The notes under the pieces were generated by a model. It worked only from the letters and a program-made list of their open reading frames with translations, did no database searches and was not told the DNA's origin. The translations under genes and the position numbers were made by a program. Below, piece after piece: positions 18,945-28,520 of a stretch of DNA of 64,000 nt (positions are counted from its first letter, which is position 1; each line of letters begins with the position of its first letter). The stretch spans positions 8,567 through 72,566 of the forward strand of contig RPQH01000008.1 of assembly GCA_003820375.1 (NCBI GenBank), in the 5' to 3' direction. Source of the stretch: Ignavibacteriota bacterium (lineage in GTDB: Bacteria; Bacteroidota; Ignavibacteria; Tepidaquicellales; OLB5).

Positions 18945-20837
18945 TTAAGCTATGTATTTTCCTCTTTTTACATAATGCGTATGCAGCAGCTTATGAGAAA
19001 GCTTGCCGCATGGACCGTCTGTTAAGAATTTTTCATAAAGCATCTTAACATAAGGATTTTCATGTGATTTTCTTACAGTCAATCTTTCTTCTTCGGAATA
19101 AATTGCCTGCGCACGTTTTGTCCTAATTTCTTCACTAGTAGGAATTGGCTGACCGCCGCCGCCGATACATCCGCCCGGGCATGCCATTATCTCTATAAAA
19201 TGAACATCGTTCAATTCACCACGCTTTAACATTTCCATAACCAACTTTGCGTTTGCTGTTCCATGTGCTACGATAAATTTTACTTCAACGCCTTCAAGGA
19301 ATTTCCATTCTTCTCTTACGTTTTCTAATTTTACCGATGCCTGTTTTATTCCTTCAAATCCCCTGCATGGCTCAATATTTAAATTCTTGAAGGGTACTTC
19401 CCTGCCGGTTACCAGCTCATATACTGTTCTCAAAGCAGCTTCCATTACACCACCTGTTGCACCGAATATAAGTCCTGCACCTGAAGCTTCACCAAACGGG
19501 CTGTCAAATGTAGTTTCGGGCATTTCGGGTAAATAGATACCTGCTTCTTTTATCATCTTTGCCATTTCTCTTGTAGTCAAACCGTAATCAACATCTTTAA
19601 ATCCTGATGAATTCATCTCAGGCCTGTTGCATTCAAATTTCTTTGCTGCACATGGCATTAAAGCAACCGATACAACATCTGCCGGATCAATACCTGCCTG
19701 CTTGGCATAAAATGTTTTGATAATTGCACCAAACATTTGCTGAGGTGATTTAGCACTTGACATATGGTCAAGATACTGAGGATAAAAATGCTCAATATAT
19801 TTCACCCAACCCGGTGAGCATGATGTAAACTGCGGCAGCCTTACATTCGGGTCTTTATCAACCAATGCTGATTTTAACCTTAGAAGTAATTCTGTTCCTT
19901 CTTCCAATATGGTTAAGTCAGCAGTGAAGTTAGTATCAAATACTGCATCAAAACCAATTCTCTTTAAAGCAGTGTTTAGCTGTCCTGTCATCGAGTGTCC
20001 TGCACCAAGTCCAAATTCCTCGCCTATTGCCGCACGGGGAGAAGGTGCAGTCTGTATTACAACATGTTTCTTCGGGTCATCGATTGCTGACCATATTTCA
20101 TCAGACGGGTCATTTGCATGAAGTGCAGCAGTCGGGCACCTGTTGATACACTGACCGCAATTGATACAAATCACATCAGCAAGAGGTTTATCCATAAATG
20201 TGCTGATATGTGTCTGGTCACCGCGGTGCACTGCTTCAAGCACGCCAACTTCCTGTAAGTCGATACAGGTTCTTACACAGCGTTTGCAAAGAACACATTT
20301 GCTCATATCTCTTATTACCGAAAGTGAAGATTTATCTGTTTCATATTTCGGTTTTGTAACGTGACCGAAAGTATATTTATCCACACCATATTCTTCAGCA
20401 AGCTTTTGAAGTTCGCAGTTCTGGTTCCTGATACAGCTGTAGCATTCGCCGTAGTGTTCACTCAGTAATAAATCAATTATATTCTTTCTTGCTTTTCTTA
20501 CTGTTGGAGTAGATGTTTTTATTTTTATAGGTGATGTAATCGGGAAAGCACATGCTGCCTGTAAGGTTCTTATACCTTCAACCTCGACAACGCATACACG
20601 GCAAACACCGGCCACACAAAGGTCTTCATGATGGCATAATGTAGGTACATGTATCTGGTTAATTTTACATGCTTCAAGAATAGTTGTACCAAAAGGTACG
20701 CTTACTTTCTTTTCATTAATTTCAACACTAATGCTTCCGCCAATTGTATTCAGGTCTTCCTGTTTTTGTATTGTGTGCCCTTTCTGGCTTAAAGGGCTTC
20801 TTGATGTACTGCTTTTATCTGACATACTTGCCTCCAT
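18945..20837 (-). CDS. hydA: [FeFe]-hydrogenase catalytic subunit (multimeric NADH-type, M3-like architecture)
   Basis: 630-aa ORF. It has a 2Fe-2S N-domain, the His-ligated motif HYGECYSCIRNQNC, and two CxxCxxCxxxCP motifs. H-cluster motifs are FTSCSPGW (variant L1), MPCAAKKFE (L2) and EIMACPGGCIGGGGQP (L3). Confidence 0.92.
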   Translation of the reverse strand: MEASMSDKSSTSRSPLSQKGHTIQKQEDLNTIGGSISVEINEKKVSVPFGTTILEACKINQIHVPTLCHHEDLCVAGVCRVCVVEVEGIRTLQAACAFPITSPIKIKTSTPTVRKARKNIIDLLLSEHYGECYSCIRNQNCELQKLAEEYGVDKYTFGHVTKPKYETDKSSLSVIRDMSKCVLCKRCVRTCIDLQEVGVLEAVHRGDQTHISTFMDKPLADVICINCGQCINRCPTAALHANDPSDEIWSAIDDPKKHVVIQTAPSPRAAIGEEFGLGAGHSMTGQLNTALKRIGFDAVFDTNFTADLTILEEGTELLLRLKSALVDKDPNVRLPQFTSCSPGWVKYIEHFYPQYLDHMSSAKSPQQMFGAIIKTFYAKQAGIDPADVVSVALMPCAAKKFECNRPEMNSSGFKDVDYGLTTREMAKMIKEAGIYLPEMPETTFDSPFGEASGAGLIFGATGGVMEAALRTVYELVTGREVPFKNLNIEPCRGFEGIKQASVKLENVREEWKFLEGVEVKFIVAHGTANAKLVMEMLKRGELNDVHFIEIMACPGGCIGGGGQPIPTSEEIRTKRAQAIYSEEERLTVRKSHENPYVKMLYEKFLTDGPCGKLSHKLLHTHYVKRGKYIA

Positions 20838-22032
20838 TCTTTCCCGGATTGAATATCTCGTCCTTAAAATTATCTAAAATTGAAATGAAAGCATTAGGGC
20901 TTGATTGTCCCAGGCCGCACTTGGAAGCAACCTGCATTGTTTTTCCAAGCTCTTTTAGTTGATTAATGTAAGAGAATGTAAATTTATTATTCTCTATCAT
21001 TTCGATACCTTCAAGAAGCTTCACATTACCAATTCTGCAGGGAGTACATTGCCCACAGGATTCTTCAACAAAGAACTCCATAAAATTTTTCAAAATATGG
21101 AGCATGTTCCTGCTCTTATTAAATATCATTATAGAACCACCCGTAGCAACATCTTCATAAGATATGGTTCTATCGAATTGTGATTCAGGAATGCAGATGC
21201 CGGAAGCACCTCCAACCTGTACAGCTTTTGTATCTTTAGCACCTACTATAGTAAGCAGGTCACTAATTTTAATTCCCCATGGCAGTTCATATACGCCCGG
21301 TTTTTCACAATCACCGGATATGGAGAATAATTTAGAGCCGGATGATTTCCCGGTTCCCTGTTTTGCAAACCACTCTCCGCCTTTTACCAATATTTTCGGA
21401 ACGGAAGCTAGAGTTTCGACATTATTCACAGATGTTGGTTTGCCCATAAATCCTGTATTAACCGGGTAAGGAGGACGGTTCCTTGCTTCACCGCGGTTAC
21501 CTTCAAGTGATTCTATTAAAGCTGTTTCTTCTCCGCATACATAAGCTCCTGAACCCATGCGGATAATGATATCAAAGTTAAAGTCTTTTTTCCCCAGTAT
21601 GTTTTTTCCTAAAAGGTTATCTTCACGCATTTTCTTTAAGTAGTCTTCAAGAAAACTAAGCATGTATTCGTATTCACCTCTTAAGTATACTATTCCTTTT
21701 TGTGCTCCAACAGTATATCCGCCGATAACCATGCCGTCAAATACTATTTCAGGATATTCTGTTAAAAGAACGCGGTCTTTGAAAGTACCCGGTTCTCCCT
21801 CGTCAGCATTGCAAACAATATATTTAATATCAGACTTTGCGGCAGCCGTGAGCATCCATTTTGTAGCAGTTGGGAATCCGGCACCGCCTCTGCCTTTTAA
21901 TTTCGATATTTTTAACTCGTATAAAATATCTTCTCTTCCAAGCTTTAGAGCTTTCTCGATACCTTCGCCTCTTTTATAAGAAGAGAAAAGTACCTTGCCT
22001 TCTCTTTGTGTTTTTTTATATACAGATTCCAT
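20815..22032 (-). CDS. hydB: NuoF-like NADH-binding flavoprotein subunit, short form
   Basis: 405-aa ORF with GRGGAGFPT (FMN site) and ESCGQCTPCR (N3-type 4Fe-4S). It has no N-terminal 2Fe-2S domain and no C-terminal 2x[4Fe-4S] domain. Confidence 0.9.
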   Translation of the reverse strand: MESVYKKTQREGKVLFSSYKRGEGIEKALKLGREDILYELKISKLKGRGGAGFPTATKWMLTAAAKSDIKYIVCNADEGEPGTFKDRVLLTEYPEIVFDGMVIGGYTVGAQKGIVYLRGEYEYMLSFLEDYLKKMREDNLLGKNILGKKDFNFDIIIRMGSGAYVCGEETALIESLEGNRGEARNRPPYPVNTGFMGKPTSVNNVETLASVPKILVKGGEWFAKQGTGKSSGSKLFSISGDCEKPGVYELPWGIKISDLLTIVGAKDTKAVQVGGASGICIPESQFDRTISYEDVATGGSIMIFNKSRNMLHILKNFMEFFVEESCGQCTPCRIGNVKLLEGIEMIENNKFTFSYINQLKELGKTMQVASKCGLGQSSPNAFISILDNFKDEIFNPGKNGGKYVR

Positions 22033-22506
22033 TTATTTTATTTCATTAAGTATTTCAACAGCTTTTTCAGGTGTTAAGCGGGTAAAAACCCTGTCATTCA
22101 CCATCATTGCCGGTCCCTGGTCGCACATACCGAGACAATTTGTATATTCAAGTGTTATCTTTTTATCCGGTGTTGTTTCACCGAACGATATTCCAAGCTC
22201 TCTTGTAATAGCGGATTCAACATTTTCTTTGCCTGAAATATCACAGATTATAGTTCTGCACAACCTCACGATATTTCTGCCCCTTGGCTTAGAGTGTAAG
22301 AAAGAATAAAACGTAACTACACTGTAAACCTCAACAGGATGAATATCAAGCTGAAGTGCTATTTCCTGCATTGCGAAATCAGGTACATACCTGTATTTCC
22401 TTTCCACTGCCTGCAGGATAGGCAGCAGAGATGACCTGTCCTTACCGTATTGCTCAACAAGCCGTTCTATCTCTTCGGTTAAAGATGTTCTTTCCGAAAC
22501 TAGCAT
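22033..22506 (-). CDS. hydC: NuoE-like thioredoxin-fold 2Fe-2S subunit
   Basis: 157-aa ORF with Cys pattern CRTIIC...CLGMC. Confidence 0.9.
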   Translation of the reverse strand: MLVSERTSLTEEIERLVEQYGKDRSSLLPILQAVERKYRYVPDFAMQEIALQLDIHPVEVYSVVTFYSFLHSKPRGRNIVRLCRTIICDISGKENVESAITRELGISFGETTPDKKITLEYTNCLGMCDQGPAMMVNDRVFTRLTPEKAVEILNEIK

Positions 22507-22886
22507 ACTTGCTCCTTAGATTTTTTTAACAGATTTTCAACTTTACTAATTAGCTGTGCCGGTGAAATCGGTTTTTCAACAAAATCATCAACAGGAACCA
22601 TTTCACTCTTGCCAAAATCCATACCAACGGTCTTGGAAATTGATGTGTACATAATGATCGGAGTAGTGATTTTTTCTTTTCTTAACCTCTGGGCAAGAAA
22701 GAAGCCATCATCCGGTTCATCCATCATAACATCAAGAATTATAAGATCCGGGGTTTTTTCCTTAATTAAATTGTATGCGTCAGTAGGATTACCTGCGGTA
22801 ATAACCTCATATCCCTTAGCCGATAAAACGAGGGTGCTTGCATCGCGGATATCGGGGTCATCGTCTATTATTGCTATTAAAGCCAT
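22500..22886 (-). CDS. Single-domain (CheY-like) response regulator, first gene of the [FeFe]-hydrogenase operon
   Basis: 128-aa ORF with IIDDDPD...LIILDVMM receiver signature. It overlaps hydC by 7 nt. Confidence 0.85.
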   Translation of the reverse strand: MALIAIIDDDPDIRDASTLVLSAKGYEVITAGNPTDAYNLIKEKTPDLIILDVMMDEPDDGFFLAQRLRKEKITTPIIMYTSISKTVGMDFGKSEMVPVDDFVEKPISPAQLISKVENLLKKSKEQVC

Positions 22887-23042
22887 TTGACCTCCATTTA
22901 TTTACAATACAAAATTACTCACTCCTAACCCCATAAACAATGAGATAAATCATGTTTTTATGTCGGTATATATTATGCATTTATTATTAACTTGAAAGGC
23001 AGGGATTTTTGAGCTAAATTAATTTAATTATGATATCTTAAT

Positions 23043-25031
23043 ATGGGAAAGATATCCACAAAAAGTATTCAGTCACAGTTAATACTGTACTTCACAATTG
23101 CAATTCTTGTACCTGTTATTGTAATAAGCATAATTGCATCTAAGTTCATCTATAACGAAATTACCAACCGTGCCGAAAGCAAAAGTATTTCCGACCTGAA
23201 CTCAGCGGGTGAAATTTATAATCACCGGATATCACAAATTGAAAGCATAACCCGCTTAACCGCAGGCAGAAGCTTTATTATCTCATCTCTGATTGAAAAT
23301 AAAGCCGATACTTTATACAAGGAGCTTCACACCATCCTTCAGAACGAAAAGCTTGATATATTCACTATAGTTGACAAAAACGGCAAGGTTATATGCCGCG
23401 GCAGAAATTCATTCAATTCGGGTGATTATATAACTTCCGATAAATTTATCAAAAGAGTTCTTGAAACAAAAAGCACGGTATCGGGAACCGATATTGTAAG
23501 CCCGGATGAATTGAAAAAAGAAGCATTCGAGCTGGCTGACAGGGCTTATATGGAAGTGAAGCCAACCCTCATGTCAAGGGAAAGGTCTGAAAAATTCGAG
23601 AAAAACGGTATGATGATGAAGTCAGCCTCTCCGTTGTTTGATAAGAATAAGAATATCGTCGGCGTACTGATGTCAGGTGTTCTTTTGAACAGGAATTACG
23701 ATATAGTAGATAAAATTAATAATGTTGTTCATGAAAACGAAGTGTATAAAGGGCAGGATATTGGGACTGTAACAATATTTGAATACGATGTGCGTATTGC
23801 AACCAATGTTAAAAACGAAGACGGTTCGTATGCTGTTTCAACACTTGTTTCGGAAGAAGTGTATGACGAGGTAATCCTTGCCGGGCAAAAGTGGATTGGT
23901 GATGCGTTTGTGGTTAATTCCTGGTATGTATCCGCTTACAAACCGATTAGAGATATTAATGACAGGGTTATCGGTATCTTATATGTGGGAATTTTAAAAC
24001 AGCCGTTCAATGACCTTCTGCTTAATACGATATTAATATTTTCCTCAATAGCAATTGTTACGGGTATAATAATATTTTTCGTAGCGGTGATGTTTGCAAA
24101 AAAGATATCAGCCCCTCTGCGCAAGCTGGAAGAATGGGCAAAACAAATAGCGGACGGTACGTATAAATCCAATATAGCTATTAAAGCGCCGCGTGAGATA
24201 GAAAGCCTTTCTTTGTCGCTAAATTTAATGGCAAAACAGCTTGAACAGGAAAAGTTTGAGCTTGAGAACTGGGCTGAAACTCTTGAGAATAAGGTTAACC
24301 AGAGAACAGAGGAATTAAAGAGGATAAATGACCAGCTTTTCAGGTCAGAGAAGCTTGCATCAATTGGTAAGCTTGCCGCAGGCGTTGCTCACGAGATAAA
24401 TAATCCGCTCACAGGCGTACTGACCAACAGCAGCTTAATGCTTGAAGACCTTGAAGAAAATGACCCGCGAAGAGAAGATTTGCAGGTTGTGGTTAACGAA
24501 ACCATAAGATGCAGGGAAATCGTAAAACGCCTGCTTGATTTTGCCCGGCAGACCAAGCCGCAGAAAAAAATGACCGACCTGAATGCCCTGATAGAGAATA
24601 TTATTCTGCTTGTCAGAAATCAAAGTGCTTTCAGGAATATCATTATCAAAAAAGTACTGGATACTTCTATTCCGCAAATAATGGTTGATGCAGACCAGAT
24701 ACAGCAGGTTTTTATCAATTTCATTCTGAATGCCTCGGAAGCTATGCCAAATGGCGGTCAGCTTGTAGTTAATACATCATTAAACCATGCCCGGGATTAT
24801 ATTGAAATTAAGTTTTCCGACAGCGGCTGCGGTATTTCGGAGAAGGATAAAAGAAGAATTTTTGACCCGTTCTTTACCACAAAACAGCAGGGCACGGGAT
24901 TGGGATTATCGATTAGCCACGGAATAATAGAGAGACATGGAGGAAAAATTATTTTAGACAGTGAATTGGGAAAAGGTACATGTTTCACAATATTTATGCC
25001 GGTAAACTATAACAGTGATATTGATGATTGA
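23043..25031 (+). CDS. Sensor histidine kinase with periplasmic Cache-like domain and HAMP
   Basis: 662-aa ORF with two TM segments flanking a ~290-aa extracytoplasmic domain. H-box is AHEINNPLTG; the ATPase part carries GTGLGLSISHGI. Confidence 0.85.
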   Translation: MGKISTKSIQSQLILYFTIAILVPVIVISIIASKFIYNEITNRAESKSISDLNSAGEIYNHRISQIESITRLTAGRSFIISSLIENKADTLYKELHTILQNEKLDIFTIVDKNGKVICRGRNSFNSGDYITSDKFIKRVLETKSTVSGTDIVSPDELKKEAFELADRAYMEVKPTLMSRERSEKFEKNGMMMKSASPLFDKNKNIVGVLMSGVLLNRNYDIVDKINNVVHENEVYKGQDIGTVTIFEYDVRIATNVKNEDGSYAVSTLVSEEVYDEVILAGQKWIGDAFVVNSWYVSAYKPIRDINDRVIGILYVGILKQPFNDLLLNTILIFSSIAIVTGIIIFFVAVMFAKKISAPLRKLEEWAKQIADGTYKSNIAIKAPREIESLSLSLNLMAKQLEQEKFELENWAETLENKVNQRTEELKRINDQLFRSEKLASIGKLAAGVAHEINNPLTGVLTNSSLMLEDLEENDPRREDLQVVVNETIRCREIVKRLLDFARQTKPQKKMTDLNALIENIILLVRNQSAFRNIIIKKVLDTSIPQIMVDADQIQQVFINFILNASEAMPNGGQLVVNTSLNHARDYIEIKFSDSGCGISEKDKRRIFDPFFTTKQQGTGLGLSISHGIIERHGGKIILDSELGKGTCFTIFMPVNYNSDIDD

Positions 25032-26430
25032 TACAAAAGCCGAAATTTTAATAGTAGATGATGAATTAGTGATTTGCAAAAGCTGCGAAAAGATATTCAA
25101 ACGCTCAGGACATAACACAACTTATGCAACGGGAGGTGTAGAGGCTTTAAATATCCTCGAGACCCGCGAGTTTGATGTTGTGTTCACAGACCTGAAAATG
25201 ATGGATATGGGCGGAATGGAAGTGCTCAGAACCGTTAGGCAGAAATACCCCGATACTCTTGTCGTAATAATAACAGGTTATGCTACCATTGCTTCTGCAG
25301 TTGAAACCATGCGGTACGGTGCATTCGATTACCTGCCGAAACCCTTTACTCCTGCTGAGCTTATTGCCGTGCTGAATAAAGCACTTGAGAAAAGAAAGAT
25401 TATAAAGATAACATCGAATAAATATAATTACTGCCATGAAACAGGATTCGAAGGATTAATAGGCAGAAGCAAAGAGATGTGCGAAGTTTATGACATGATA
25501 AGAAAAGTCGGGGAAACCGACAGTACTGTATTAATTATCGGAGAAAGCGGAACAGGAAAAGACCTAACTGCAAAAGCAATTCACAATGTTAGCAAAAGGA
25601 AAAATGAAAAGTATATTCCGATAGATGTATCTACACTTTCATCCGGCATACTGGAAAGTGAATTGTTTGGTCATGTGAAGGGTGCCTTTACAGGTGCTTA
25701 TACTAGCAAAGAGGGATTGTTCGAAGCGGCAGATAAAGGAACGGTATTTCTTGATGAGATTGGTAACCTGCCTTTGGAAACTCAATCACGCTTACTACGG
25801 GTGCTTCAGCAGAAAGAAATTATTCCCGTTGGCAGTACTGATGTAAAAAAAGTTGATGTAAGATTAATATTTGCTACAAACAGTGACCTGAAACAGCTTG
25901 TAATGAGCAATAAGTTCAGGGAAGACCTATACTATAGAATAAATGTATTCCCCATTAAGCTGCCGCCATTGAGAGTAAGAAGAGAAGATATCCCCGATCT
26001 TGCCCTGCATTTTCTCAGGCATTACTGTGTTTTATCGGAGCGGGTAGTACCGGAAATGGATGTTGAAGCAATGGAGATACTAATGAATTTCCACTGGCCG
26101 GGTAATGTAAGAGAGCTTGAACATACTATGGAGCGTTTAACAATACTTTCTGATGGTCCGGTAATCACACCTGCACATGTATCAGCTGCAATATATAAAG
26201 CAGATGCGCCGATGAAATCAGCCCCAAGGACAGTTGAAGAGCTTAAACAGATTAAGAAACAGATGAGAGATTATTCCATACAGGAAATTGAGAAGATGTT
26301 TATAATAGATGCATTGATGCGAAACAACTGGAACATCTCGCAAGCCGCGCGAGAAGTAAACATGCAGCGTCCAAACTTCCAGGCATTGATGAAGAAGTAT
26401 GGAATAAAGAAACCTGTTACCGGCGTGTAA
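25015..26430 (+). CDS. Sigma-54-dependent response regulator (NtrC family)
   Basis: 471-aa ORF with a receiver domain, an AAA+ domain (GESGTGKD and the GAFTGA loop) and a C-terminal Fis-type HTH. Confidence 0.92.
   Translation: MILMIDTKAEILIVDDELVICKSCEKIFKRSGHNTTYATGGVEALNILETREFDVVFTDLKMMDMGGMEVLRTVRQKYPDTLVVIITGYATIASAVETMRYGAFDYLPKPFTPAELIAVLNKALEKRKIIKITSNKYNYCHETGFEGLIGRSKEMCEVYDMIRKVGETDSTVLIIGESGTGKDLTAKAIHNVSKRKNEKYIPIDVSTLSSGILESELFGHVKGAFTGAYTSKEGLFEAADKGTVFLDEIGNLPLETQSRLLRVLQQKEIIPVGSTDVKKVDVRLIFATNSDLKQLVMSNKFREDLYYRINVFPIKLPPLRVRREDIPDLALHFLRHYCVLSERVVPEMDVEAMEILMNFHWPGNVRELEHTMERLTILSDGPVITPAHVSAAIYKADAPMKSAPRTVEELKQIKKQMRDYSIQEIEKMFIIDALMRNNWNISQAAREVNMQRPNFQALMKKYGIKKPVTGV
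26360..26414 (+). repeat. 55-nt direct repeat, copy 1 (functional 3' end of the sigma-54 regulator gene)
   Basis: 51 of 55 nt are identical to 28227-28281. Confidence 0.9.
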
Positions 26431-26570
26431 ATATTGATGCTTTTAAGCATCAATATAGGTATAAAATGAGCATATTGTAGCCTTTACGCTACATTACATC
26501 TTGCAATTCTACATAATATTTTATATATTAACAGCATAAAAGCTTTCAACATATAAAATAACCGGTTATT

Positions 26571-26915
26571 GTGATAACAAGAAGAAATAGAAACTGGGAA
26601 GAAATGGCTGATCCTGCCGTTGTTAAAGAAATTGGAAATGCTTTAAAACAGATGCGGCTCAATGTAAACCTTTCTCAGGAACAGCTTGCAAAGAAATCCG
26701 GATTGGACAGAACTACAATAAGCCGTATAGAATCAGGCAGAGCTGCAACATTACTTTCACTGGTACAAATATTACGTGCATTAGATAAGCTAAACATAAT
26801 GAACATATTCGTTCAGGAACCGGAGATTAGTCCCATAAAATTATTAAAGCTTCAGGAAAAAAAACGTCAAAGAGCATATCACCATAAATCTAAAGAAACA
26901 GGAAACAATAAATGA
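26571..26915 (+). CDS. hipB: HipB-like XRE-family HTH antitoxin
   Basis: 114-aa ORF with an HTH (LSQEQLAKKSGLDRTTISRIESG). It overlaps hipA by 4 nt. Confidence 0.8.
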   Translation: MITRRNRNWEEMADPAVVKEIGNALKQMRLNVNLSQEQLAKKSGLDRTTISRIESGRAATLLSLVQILRALDKLNIMNIFVQEPEISPIKLLKLQEKKRQRAYHHKSKETGNNK

Positions 26916-28204
26916 ATACTGTTGCAAGAGTAAATATATGGGGTATGATGGTCGGGGCTATTGCGTGGCGTGATGAAACAGGATATGCAGTTTTTGAATT
27001 TGACCCTGACTTCATTAAAAAGGGAGTAAACTTAGCCCCATTAAAAATGCCATTAGAGGAAGCATTAAATGGAAGAATGATTTATTCATTCCCTGAATTA
27101 AATAATACTACATTTAAAGGATTACCGGGAATGTTGGTTGAAAGTTTGCCTGACAGATTTGGAAATACGATTATTGATGCATGGCTTGCACGCCGGGGAG
27201 GAGAACAAAATTTTAATTCTGTAGAAAGGTTATGTTATATTGGTAAAAGAGGGATGGGAGCTCTTGAGTTTGAACCGGTAATTCCGTTAATAGATGATGT
27301 TTCGGAATCAATTCAAATAAGTGAACTTGTTAACCTGACCAAAGAAATACTTAATGAAAGAAAAGATCTCGCTGTTAATATCCACGATGAAACAACAGAT
27401 GGATTATTGAAAATAATAAGAGTCGGAACATCGGCGGGAGGCAACAGAGCGAAAGCAATTATTGCATATAATGAAAACACCGGTGATGTCCGTTCCGGAC
27501 AGATTGACGGATTAAAGGACTATAGCTATTGGATTATAAAATTTGATGGTATTAATGATAAAGAATTAGGTGATCCGAAAGGTTATTGCAAAATTGAATA
27601 TGCATATTACCTTATGGCGACAGATTGCGGAATAATTATGACTGAATGTAAAACGCTGAATGAAAACCACCGCACTCACTTTATGACAAAAAGGTTTGAC
27701 CGTGACGGAATAAATAAGATTCATATGCAGTCTTTATGTTCGATAGCACATTTTGATTTCAACTTAGCAGGAGCATATTCGTATGAACAGGCATTTCAAA
27801 TAATGCGAAAGCTGAAACTGCAATATAGTGACCATGAACAATTGTACAGGAGAATGGTATTTAATGTAATAGCAAGAAATCAGGATGATCATACTAAGAA
27901 CATTTCTTTTCTAATGGATAAAGCAGGAAAATGGGGTTTATCACCTGCATATGATGTAACTTATGCTTACAACCCTGATAATATTTGGCTGCGTTCACAT
28001 CAAATGTCAATAAATGGAAAACGGGATGATATAACCGGGAATGATTTAATTGAAGTCGCTGAAAATATGAATATAAAAAAGCCGAAAGAAATTATACAGA
28101 TTGTTTTGGAAACGGTTTCCTGCTGGCGTGAGTATGCAAAAAAAGCAAATGTTAATGCAGAACATCAAAAAAAGATTTATAATGCTTTACAATTGAAAAT
28201 ATAG
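26912..28204 (+). CDS. hipA: HipA-family serine/threonine kinase toxin
   Basis: 430-aa ORF with the catalytic motif QDDHTKNISF and HipA N-terminal coupling-domain features. Confidence 0.9.
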   Translation: MNTVARVNIWGMMVGAIAWRDETGYAVFEFDPDFIKKGVNLAPLKMPLEEALNGRMIYSFPELNNTTFKGLPGMLVESLPDRFGNTIIDAWLARRGGEQNFNSVERLCYIGKRGMGALEFEPVIPLIDDVSESIQISELVNLTKEILNERKDLAVNIHDETTDGLLKIIRVGTSAGGNRAKAIIAYNENTGDVRSGQIDGLKDYSYWIIKFDGINDKELGDPKGYCKIEYAYYLMATDCGIIMTECKTLNENHRTHFMTKRFDRDGINKIHMQSLCSIAHFDFNLAGAYSYEQAFQIMRKLKLQYSDHEQLYRRMVFNVIARNQDDHTKNISFLMDKAGKWGLSPAYDVTYAYNPDNIWLRSHQMSINGKRDDITGNDLIEVAENMNIKKPKEIIQIVLETVSCWREYAKKANVNAEHQKKIYNALQLKI

Positions 28205-28226
28205 AAAAATTATCCTGTAGATTTAT

Positions 28227-28281
28227 ACATGCAGCGTCCAAACTTCCAGGCCTTGATGAAGAAGCATACAATAAAGAAACC
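28227..28281 (+). repeat. 55-nt direct repeat, copy 2 (orphan copy of the regulator 3' end)
   Basis: Would encode MQRPNFQALMKKHTIKKPAATK*, against MQRPNFQALMKKYGIKKPVTGV* in the live gene. Confidence 0.9.
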
Positions 28282-28520
28282 AGCAGCAACCAAATAATTA
28301 ATATACACACATTCCGTTATCCCGGGTAACGAAAACGCATTATTTTACCCTAACCTATTGAAAAATAATATGTTTATAATTATATTGCGACATACAGAAT
28401 TTCTTGTTCTGTTCTGCATCGAAAACTACTAGAACAAACTTCACTCGATACAGGACGTATTGTGGTTGCGTCTTGGAGAATCTTTAGCAACTGAAAAATA
28501 TTTTTTTATAAAACATTGAA

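Noticed and set aside
22887-23042. Sigma-54 promoter for the RR-hydCBA operon or the divergent kinase gene
   Set aside because: No GG-N10-GC match with correct spacing exists on either strand (aggcagggatttttgagc has wrong spacing). Only weak sigma-70-like (TTGAAA-N17-TAAATT) and TAnnTTTG-like words are present, too weak to annotate.
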